Source of the DNA: Basidiobolus meristosporus CBS 931.73
Taxonomy: Eukaryota > Fungi > Basidiobolomycota
DNA: 64,000 bases
NCBI GenBank assembly: GCA_002104905.1
Contig: MCFE01000131.1
Span: forward strand, 94,670-158,669
Direction of reading: 5' to 3'
The notes under the pieces were generated by a model, which made no database searches, was not told where the DNA came from, and saw only the letters and a program-made list of their open reading frames with translations. Each line of letters opens with the position of its first letter. The stretch's first letter is position 1. A program made the translations under genes and the position numbers. This document shows, piece by piece, positions 50,136-58,320 of the stretch.

Positions 50136-50994
50136 TGGTATTGCTTTTGTGTAATCTCGCTGCCAGTAGTAGACAGCACCGAATTACATCATTCAAAGAC
50201 TACAATCTACCTATCTATTTATTGATATATTCACACGGAAAGGGGGAGGGGGAGAGGGAGGAAGGGGTGTTTCCATATTCTTAGTCACCTGTCCGCCTAA
50301 TCTCGAACTGCCATCACTACTTGTCCTCCACGCACACCTCTCCCGCTTTTTATACCCATTTTCTGTGTTAGAGAAACAGCCCAGGTAGCCAACATCTAAA
50401 GCAAATTCTACCCAAATCTTGCATTCTCGGCCAAGGGCAACATGACCGGTTGCCGGTCTATTCACTCCAACTCCACCAGGTATTGACTATCTGCATAGAA
50501 TGCTAGGTACAGGATGGGAGGCGATTTCCTTATGGAACATTACTTTTCAAGGCCATTGCTTTCATATGGGCCACAACTGAAACCACCTTGGGAGGCGAAT
50601 TTATGTCTTGGACCTGGCCGTAAAGATTGCCTTCTTTTATTATTTTACGATGTTAACCTGATATGCTGGCGCTGCCTGCATAAATCCAAGTGGTTGTTTG
50701 CACCCACTGTGCTATTGTCACTGCTATATCTATGGGCTGTCCGTCATCTTCGAATCTCAATGTATTTTCCTTGATCTGTAAATCCTACAAACACTATCTG
50801 TAATATTGAAGTACTATACATGCACATGAATTCAAGTAATAAATACGAACATAGCAAGTTCAAATGAGCCATCGAGAATGGGGCGACAGGGACAGAAATC
50901 CTCTGGCCATCTCCATCCTCAATAGAGATCTCACTGTTGTAAAGCGCATTTATATAAACCAATCACTACCTGATCCGACGCCTCTGAATTCCCA

Positions 50995-53625
50995 TTATAG
51001 CACGAATAAAAATCGTAAATCCTCCTCCGATAACCGCGAGAGCGCTGCCATGTCCTTGCCAATTGTACTGTCAAACAGCGCTTTCTTCTTTTCCTGCAGC
51101 TGAACAATCCGAGACTCGATGGAGTTTTCCACTATCAGTCGGGTAATGCGGATTGGACGATGCTGGCCGAGGCGGTGAATACGGTCCATCGCCTGGTCTT
51201 CCACGGCTGGGTTCCACCATGGATCCATGATAAACACTTGGCTAGCTTCGGTCAGGTTCAACGCAATGCCGCCTGCTTTTAAGCTGATAAGAAACACCGT
51301 AAGCTCGGGCTTGGTCATGAATGCCTTGATAACTGCATCACGCTGCATGGGCCCCATGCGACCATCAAGGCGGCAACACGAAAATCCCGCACGATTCAGC
51401 CGCCATTGGATTAGGTCAAGGAAGTTGACGAACTGTGAGAACACAATACTCTTGATAGTCGAGTCCTTTCTGCGCAAATTTGTGAGCTCCTCTACAAGGG
51501 CCTCAATCTTGGTTGAGGACCTCCATCTGCTCATGTCTATACGGTTCACAATTGAGCTACGGATGAAGAAGTTCTGGTTATCTGGCGTGTTTTGGCTCTG
51601 GTCGGCATGGGAAACCTCGTATGTCGGCTGGGTGAGATCTATGGTAAGTCGTGCAAAGCAGATCGGACACAGCGGGGCTTCCTCTAAGCTGCTTTGAATG
51701 TACTGGTTGGCATCTTCTCGACAAAACACGTGCTTGCACTTCGCCACGATTGGATCCTCTGGCTCTTCGTTACAAATCCCGCACACCAAAGAGCTCAGCT
51801 TGTCCTTGCCGCGAGATAACAACAGGTCTGGGTGGTTCACCACTTGGCGCATTTTCATCAGTAGGTCAAAGATGTTTGCGTAGTTGTTGAGTACGGTTCC
51901 CTGTTGAACATAGGTGCTGAATCTTCTTTTGGAGTCCGTGTACAGTGATTCGTAGATATCCTCCTCCTCCTCGTTAAAATAGTCCAATCTTATCGATACA
52001 TTTCTGGGCGGTAGACCCAGATCGTCTGCTTTCTCGAGCTTGGTTCTGCGCAGCATCATTCGGTCGAGTAGCTTGCCGAGTTTTTTGAAACCGAGTTGGC
52101 CCTCCCCCAGGGCACCGAAATTCTGGATGGGCTTTAGGATTTCCTGGTTCCACCAGCATACATGACTCATAGGGGTGTGATGGCAAATGTCGCAATGTCG
52201 TCTATCGCTAAACTTCCACGACAAGCTTTTGCATGGGCATTTTTGACAGAAGTAGTAGCTATAGGGGTCTGCTCGAAGGAACCGGAGCAGCGAATACAAC
52301 TCCCCAACTCTGTTCTGCAAAGGCGTACCCGAAAGTGACCATTTCCGGCTAGACTCGAGGGCAAACACTGAGCGGGCGGTGTTGCAGGATCGATCCTTGA
52401 TATTGTGCGCCTCATCAAGAATGATCCGATACCAACCAATCTTGTGAAGGATCGAATTCTCCTTGATCAGATCCCCTTTCCTCTTGAAGCCATATTCCTG
52501 CTTTCGGAAGCCGGATTCGATGATCGAATAAGTGGTGAGTACAACATCATGCTTCTTGATCTCCTCCATATCCACAGTTCTATTCTGTCCGTGGAAGATC
52601 AGAACGGAGAGCGAATCGGTGTGTGTAGTCAACTCTGAGTGCCATTGCATCAGAGCAACTGTGGGTGCAACGACAAGGTTCGGCTTTCCGCGGGGTTCGC
52701 TTAGAAGTAGAGAGATCATTTGAATGGTCTTCCCCATGCCCATTTCATCAGCCAAGATTCCTCCGTTGAATTCGGTGTGCTCCTGGCCTCGCATCCAAGC
52801 AACCCCTTCTTTCTGGAATGGAAGTAGTGTTAGCTTCAGGTCTGGGGGCTGATCAATGGGACTCCGGTCAATTGCTTTCTTCTTGTCCAATTCTTCCCAA
52901 ACGGTCGCTAGTTCAGGGTGAAGATTTTCTAATCTTTGCTTTCTTGACTGCCTACTTAATCTTGCCCTCTCTTCTGCTGTTCTTCTAAGCCTCAACCTAG
53001 TTCTTCTAGTATTTCTGCGGGTTCGGAGTACAAGTGGTTGGCTAGATTCACTTGAGCTATCTGAATCTTGACTTTCCTCAATATTCTCTTCAGAAGCTTG
53101 ATCAGACTGTGACTTTTCAAACTCGCTTTCAGAATTCGCCTTTGCTTCTTCCTCGGCGGTCACCTTGGAAACCGCCTTGCCGACCTGCTTTTTGGAAGCG
53201 ACATTCCTTTTGACAGTGGGGGTTAGCATGAAATCGAATTCATCACTGTCGTAGGTTATTTCGATATTTGCGGTTGACCGAGTCGACCGGCTGCTAGAGC
53301 TTGAGGTACTTGCCACTTCTTCGACGTTGGAAGGCAGGGCTTCGTCAGCTTTGTCTTTTGGCTCGTTGCTTGACCGCTGTTGCGAGTCCGAGAAACGGGG
53401 GCTTCTTCGTATCTTCTTGGAGGAATCCGGAGAATCAAGAAGTACAGTCGGAGGGGGTGGAGCAGCAAATACATCCAGTGACTTACGCTTATTTCGACTT
53501 CTGACACTAGGGGAGGGAGTGGCTGGCTGGGTGGTACTGCTAGTATCTGTGTCGTTTGCATCGGGTGTTTCAATGCCTGACGTCTTGGCGAGTAGCCTGG
53601 CTGAACGTCTTCTCTCTTGACTCAT
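50995..53625 (-). CDS. RAD16: Rad16 SNF2-family ATPase with RING finger (global-genome NER), intronless
   Basis: GGILADEMGMGKT, ILDEAH, LSGTPLQNRVGELYSLLRFL..DPYSYYFC, RING C..C..CKH.FC..CP.C, SSTKIEALVEEL, SLKAGG.ALNLTEAS, DPWWNP, QAMDRIHRLGQ. The first ATG is at 53625. Confidence 0.97.
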   Translation of the reverse strand: MSQERRRSARLLAKTSGIETPDANDTDTSSTTQPATPSPSVRSRNKRKSLDVFAAPPPPTVLLDSPDSSKKIRRSPRFSDSQQRSSNEPKDKADEALPSNVEEVASTSSSSSRSTRSTANIEITYDSDEFDFMLTPTVKRNVASKKQVGKAVSKVTAEEEAKANSESEFEKSQSDQASEENIEESQDSDSSSESSQPLVLRTRRNTRRTRLRLRRTAEERARLSRQSRKQRLENLHPELATVWEELDKKKAIDRSPIDQPPDLKLTLLPFQKEGVAWMRGQEHTEFNGGILADEMGMGKTIQMISLLLSEPRGKPNLVVAPTVALMQWHSELTTHTDSLSVLIFHGQNRTVDMEEIKKHDVVLTTYSIIESGFRKQEYGFKRKGDLIKENSILHKIGWYRIILDEAHNIKDRSCNTARSVFALESSRKWSLSGTPLQNRVGELYSLLRFLRADPYSYYFCQKCPCKSLSWKFSDRRHCDICHHTPMSHVCWWNQEILKPIQNFGALGEGQLGFKKLGKLLDRMMLRRTKLEKADDLGLPPRNVSIRLDYFNEEEEDIYESLYTDSKRRFSTYVQQGTVLNNYANIFDLLMKMRQVVNHPDLLLSRGKDKLSSLVCGICNEEPEDPIVAKCKHVFCREDANQYIQSSLEEAPLCPICFARLTIDLTQPTYEVSHADQSQNTPDNQNFFIRSSIVNRIDMSRWRSSTKIEALVEELTNLRRKDSTIKSIVFSQFVNFLDLIQWRLNRAGFSCCRLDGRMGPMQRDAVIKAFMTKPELTVFLISLKAGGIALNLTEASQVFIMDPWWNPAVEDQAMDRIHRLGQHRPIRITRLIVENSIESRIVQLQEKKKALFDSTIGKDMAALSRLSEEDLRFLFVL

Positions 53626-54894
53626 GAGTGCTTTACAGTGAGTAGCCAACGAGCTGTGTTGAGGATAAGTTCCCAGCTAAGGAATAGAGAAACACCCAAC
53701 CTGCCAGCGTTGCTTAAGAGCACTTTGTCAAGCACTCAATTTGATCAACCAATATCTATTGGGATATGCATACTGTACAAATACTATTGAATTATTTTTC
53801 TTTACCTCTGTATAGAAACCAATCATCGGTTGGTAGTCCTTCCCTTGCCGCAGTCCATGCTAACTTATATAATCGGAACAAATTGGGATTGAGGTTATAA
53901 GGAAATCACCAGGGAAAAAGCGCAGAGTAGTCGTGCTGATTGGTGGCAGATATGGTGCGGCCATATTTGGAAAACTAGTTTTCCAAGTCACCAGCAAAAC
54001 CCTTCGTTATGTAGAGAGCTAGGCCGTATTCAGGGCGAACACCGATTTCAGGATCGAAGGGACGTGATAGGGTTCCTACTCTGGCTGAACAGGTCAATAC
54101 CCCTCCTTCACACCAATTGCCTTATTGCACGCTGCTGAATGGCCTCGGCTGTCTGGAAATTTAACGTTTGGAGACTTGGGCGGCGCCTGGTGTAGTAAGG
54201 CCACGGAAATACCAAGTACGTTTGATCGTGCCCAGCTTAATATTGGGTCCATTCCACATATCATGGGTCAACCGGTACACCGAGAATGTGCGGCTACCTA
54301 GCATAATGCTAGTATTGCCTGGCAAGTATCAAGAATCATCGCTGTAGATACGATGCGTAAGGGTGTATGCGGTGCTACTTGCCAGACAAGGTGCGTACAA
54401 TGGAGAATCATGTTGCCAACCAAGCAGCCAAGCCCCGAGAATGCTGAATTGGAGACGGACGAGTTTGCCGCATTTGAAGATATATCTGATCTCTAGCTTG
54501 AATCAATAAATTCTTGGTATACAGTGGGTTGTTGGATTAATACTGTATCTGGTTCGCTCATGTCTGTGTTGTAGGCTAGTGATGGTCTTTACTGATCAAC
54601 GAGGCGCAGCGCATGGTCTGTTCATGTCTGCTGGCGACGATCCTGTGGCTGTGTCTCACATATGCCTAGTAGTACAATCGAAAATTATGATGTTGCCTCA
54701 ACAGCATCTCATCTATACTGTAGAGACACATTTTTGGCTTGGCCCCAAGGAGACTACTAGCCGAATTGGCAGAGGCTTCAAAGCTGTGCATATAGAATTC
54801 TACAAATAGTGATCGTTTTGTCTTGCTAAGGTTGAAGAAATACCTCCTGTATTATCCCTATGAAATATCTCAAACTTAGAATTCGCCTGATTTT

Positions 54895-54970
54895 CAGCTG
54901 GTATTCTAATGGTATTTTGCTGGTATTCTGCTGTTACTCTAATGGTATTCTACTGGTATTCAGCTGGTGT
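54895..54970. repeat. Imperfect 11-bp minisatellite (GCTGGTATTCT-like, about 6-7 units)
   Basis: Units such as gctggtattct, aatggtatttt, gctggtattct, gctgttactct, aatggtattct, actggtatt. Confidence 0.7.
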
Positions 54971-55580
54971 TTTCCTTCAAATTTTTAGTGGCAATTTTCG
55001 GTGGAAGTGGTGAGCGACTGTTTATCAAATTTGGTATGAATGCTGGTTGGTTCAGTCTCCTCCTGGAAAATATGTCTACTTGTCTGCCCAACAGCTAGAA
55101 CCTGAGATATTCCAAATTGTCATTTATGAGAAACTTGGAATTCAGCTAATATTATGATGGTATTCTGCTGGCCTTTTCTTAATTTTTCTTCTCAGGGTAT
55201 TTGAAGTCCCTTTGAATTACTTTTCTTTCCTTCTTGATTCTGGTCCCTAGTGTTATAGCTCCATATACTAACCCTAAATAACCTAACAACAAATATCTAT
55301 ACTAGGCACTTTGCATTGAAGTCTGGTCAAAAATAAGCATCTTTGTACCCATGTTTGCCTCACCTAACTCACTGTGTGAAGTATTTAAAGCTTACATATG
55401 ATAATTTAATTTGCAGTTGTTGCCATTCATCCCATACTGGCCATAATCCCATATACAAACAACCTTGGGCACAACCAATTGCACAATCTTAACACAATAA
55501 AAAAACCCATGGACCAATACTAACTTTTGGTAACTAACATATTTTATAAAATATTAACAGTGTCTTGGAGTGTAACTTAC

Positions 55581-55830
55581 AGAAGGGAAAGTCACCATGT
55601 TGGCAAAATCTTTGTTTGTTTTCAGAACTAATCTAAGTTCAAAAAGAGAAGCCAATCAAGTGGTAGAGAACCACTCTAATAAGTCATCCAATATATGTTT
55701 TGATTCATGTCTAATGGTGGTCTCAACAAAATAAATTTTATCTGGTTTAAAATAGATATTCAAGGGTATTAGAGGGAGTACAAATTATATGTGTTTTTGA
55801 TCAATAAAATCTCCAACCAGCACCCAACCT
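55581..55830 (-). mobile_element. Non-LTR unit a: diverged 250-bp LINE 3' end
   Basis: Aligns along its length with 55843-56090 (GGGAAAGTCACC...AGAACTAATCTAAGT...CTCTAATAAGT...TTCAAGGGTATT...GGAGTACAAATT). Confidence 0.8.
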
Positions 55831-56864
55831 TTAGGGTTAGGGGAGGGAAAGTCACCAAGTTGGTGAAATCTTTATTTGAGTCAAGAACTAATCTAAGTAC
55901 AAATAAAGAAGCCAATTAAGAGGTCTAGAACCTCTCTAATAAGTAATCTAATTTATGTTTTGTTTCATCTCTAATGTTTGTTTCAATAAAGTAAAGCTCA
56001 TCAGGGGTAAATATAAAATTCAAGGGTATTGGGGGGAGTACAAATTGTAGATGTTTGTGATCAATATAACCCAAGACTGGAACCCAGCCTGGGATTAGGT
56101 GCAGTAGGAAAGGTGTGTGGACTTGTGAGTAGCTCTGCCACATAGATCTCAGATGGTCCTGTGCCAGTAGTCTTGGTTTCTCAGCTTTTTGAAGTTTGAA
56201 GCAAGCTCTGTTACTACAGCAGAGCCAACCAGGGTGTGCCAGCAAGAAGATTTCAGGGAGGAGTTAGATTTAAGAAATTGTTTTATGGAGGGGTTATGTG
56301 ATTTCTGAAGTTTGACTAGGAAGGAAGCACAGAGATAGTCCATTTGTATTTGGTATGGGTAGAACCCAAAGGCCCCATTAGTTGCATGGATATATGGAGA
56401 TACTGGAAGATAAGGTACCAAGCATCTGATACACTGATGGAGAAATTTATCCAGGTGGTGAAGTTCTCTGGAGGTTAGGTGTATAATGTGGAGACCAAAT
56501 TCAAGTACCGGCAGTACATACTGCTTCAGAAGTATAGGGATATTTTGAATTGGAGTTTCTGGAGTGACTACTACCAGAAGCTTTTTAAGAGCCTGTTGGG
56601 CAAGACAGATCTTATTATTCAGGTGGAGCTTTGAGTCAATCCCATGTTGATAAAATGGCAGACCTAGATATATTGCTGTTGGTTGTGGCAGAATGGTAGT
56701 GTTCTGTATAATTGTAGTGCACCCAATTGGGACTGTCTTGGAATTGAGAGTGAGAGGTTGTTGGCAGCCAAGTACTTCTCAATGATGGCAGTATCTGTTA
56801 TGGGATCAGGAGTAGCAATCTTGATATCATCTGCATAGAGAGTTAGTAGTGGATAGGGAGAGTC
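55831..56864 (-). mobile_element. Non-LTR unit b: 5'-truncated LINE (RT C-terminus to 3' end)
   Basis: The minus strand reads LLTLYADDIKIA (YADD at 56837-56826)...YLGLPF..G...KQYVLPVLEFG...LDKFLHQCIRCL, typical of a non-LTR ORF2 C-terminus, then AATAAA, a stem-loop and CCCCTAACCCTAA. Confidence 0.88.
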
Positions 56865-56925
56865 TTAGGGGAGGGAAAGTTACCAAGTTGGTGAAATGTT
56901 TATTTGAGTCAAGAACTAATCTAAG
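56865..56925 (-). mobile_element. Non-LTR unit c: 61-bp 3' terminus of the unit b family
   Basis: Near-identical to 55837-55897, including TTAGGGGAGGGAAAGT and GAGTCAAGAACTAATCTAAG. Confidence 0.85.
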
Positions 56926-57452
56926 GTTAGGGGGGAGGAAAGTCACCAAGTGGTGAAATCTTTATTTACTTATGACAAGTACCTAAAGAAGCCAAGTTAA
57001 TCTGAAGTTATTCCTAGAAAGCTAGGTCTGAGAGATATCTTCCTGGTAAGCCAGGTCTGAGAGCTGAGAAGCTGAGTGGTACTATATTTCCTACTTAGCT
57101 AGATCTGAGAGAGGTTTCCTGGAAAGCCAGGCCTGAGAAGCAAGAATCTGAATATATGTGAGCTAAGTTGTACTGGATTGCAGTAGCTTAATTGTGGCCA
57201 GAATGGCCAGTAGACTGGGGGAACTGCAAGGAATTTCTGGACAATTACTGGCCAAATTTACTAGGCAAATCTGGCCAATTAGCATTTCAAGGATTTCAGC
57301 CAATCAGAGCCTTTACTTTGCCCAATGGTTGATCAAGCCATCTCCCAATGAGCACACATCAATTTATTAATCAAATTTTGTTGGATCCAGGATTTGAACC
57401 CACAACCATGGGTATGGAAGGGTTAGGGATAACCACAAGGCTAAGTGTTCTT
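56926..57452 (-). mobile_element. Unit d: putative tRNA-derived SINE with LINE-derived 3' tail (about 527 bp)
   Basis: The minus-strand 5' end has A-box TAGCCTTGTGG (57443-57433) and B-box GGTTCAAATCC (57400-57390) at tRNA-like spacing. The body is non-coding, and the last about 70 nt match the LINE ends (TGGCTTCTTT..AAATAAAGATTTCACCA..GGTGAC..CCCCCTAAC). Confidence 0.78.
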
Positions 57453-57954
57453 GGTTAGGGGGGGGGAGACAGTCACCAACAGGTGAAATCTTTATTTCAG
57501 TTGAAACAAAGAAGCCAGCACAACTGTTGTAGCTTTGATACAAGAGTGTGTAGCTGAGGGGAATTTGTAGGTAAGTTAATAAGAAGTGATGATAGTTCTT
57601 CAGTGCTCAAGACACTGTTCAGTGGGAAGGGGGGTAGCAAGAGAAGTAAGAATGACTTGTGAACAACATTAATGAGGGGAATGTGATAAGGATTGATATT
57701 CATCATAAAGGGAGTGTGCTGCTGCAGATATTGCTGCCAAAGGTCTGTCAAGTACTTCAGGTAGGCCAGCTTGGGTTTTTCTGACTACAGAATATAGTGA
57801 GCAAACTTCTTGACTTCAGGATCTCCAAGTATAGTTCTCCAGCAGGAGCCAGGTGTTGTGTGATGTGTTCTCTTCCAGGCCTTAATCAGTGGGTTGTTGC
57901 AGTTGTGAAGTCTGAGGTATAATCTGGTTCTAAGGTAGAGAAGTCTGATCTTAT
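57453..57954 (-). mobile_element. Non-LTR unit e: LINE 3' end of a second, diverged family, cut by the copia insertion
   Basis: ORF 57497-57751 (DLWQQYLQQHTPF...LLPPFPLNSVLSTEEL) aligns with the unit b C-terminus (SMWQSYSQVHTPF...VLPPIPLNFIFTPDEL) and ends in the same AATAAA/stem-loop/C-run-TAACC tail. Confidence 0.82.
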
Positions 57955-58303
57955 TGTTGTAAAAATTTGTATTTCCACCTAAATATTCACCTAACTTAGT
58001 CACTTAGATCATCACCTTCAAATCCTAGAGAATACTGACCAAATTCCTTGTTGGGATTTACTTAGAATATTTTCACCAAAATACCAGGTACCCAGAACAT
58101 GAAAATTCTCAAAGTTGTCCAAACAGCCCCAAACTTTGCACACATGTTCTTGGGACCTTCCTTAACCTATTCTACGTGTTTGTAATGCCAAGACCAGGCA
58201 AAAGTATAAATACCACTTTTACATTCAATAAATCATTAAGTGAAAACCACATAATCTACTTGTTCTCCAAATCACTTCCAATATCTCCAAGACTCTTACA
58301 ACA
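57955..58303 (+). repeat. 5' LTR of copia copy 2 (349 bp)
   Basis: TGTTGT...TACAACA; near-identical to 3422-3770 and 4080-4429. Confidence 0.97.
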
Positions 58304-58320
58304 GGTTATGAGCCCTGAGC
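58304..58320 (+). promoter_or_regulatory. Primer-binding site complementary to the anticodon arm of initiator tRNA-Met
   Basis: GGTTATGAGCCCTGAGC directly after the LTR CA. The GGTTATG(A/G)GCCC PBS is the established half-tRNAiMet type of Drosophila copia and yeast Ty5. Confidence 0.88.

Noticed and set aside
55831-56864. Penelope-like (Athena/Coprina) identity for the TTAGGG-tailed elements
   Set aside because: The catalytic motif is LYADD with a LINE-type downstream YLG/thumb pattern, not the RYVDD-type PLE motif, and I saw no hammerhead or pseudo-LTR.
57380-57450. Functional tRNA gene
   Set aside because: A and B boxes are present, but the acceptor and anticodon stems do not pair. Reinterpreted as a SINE head.
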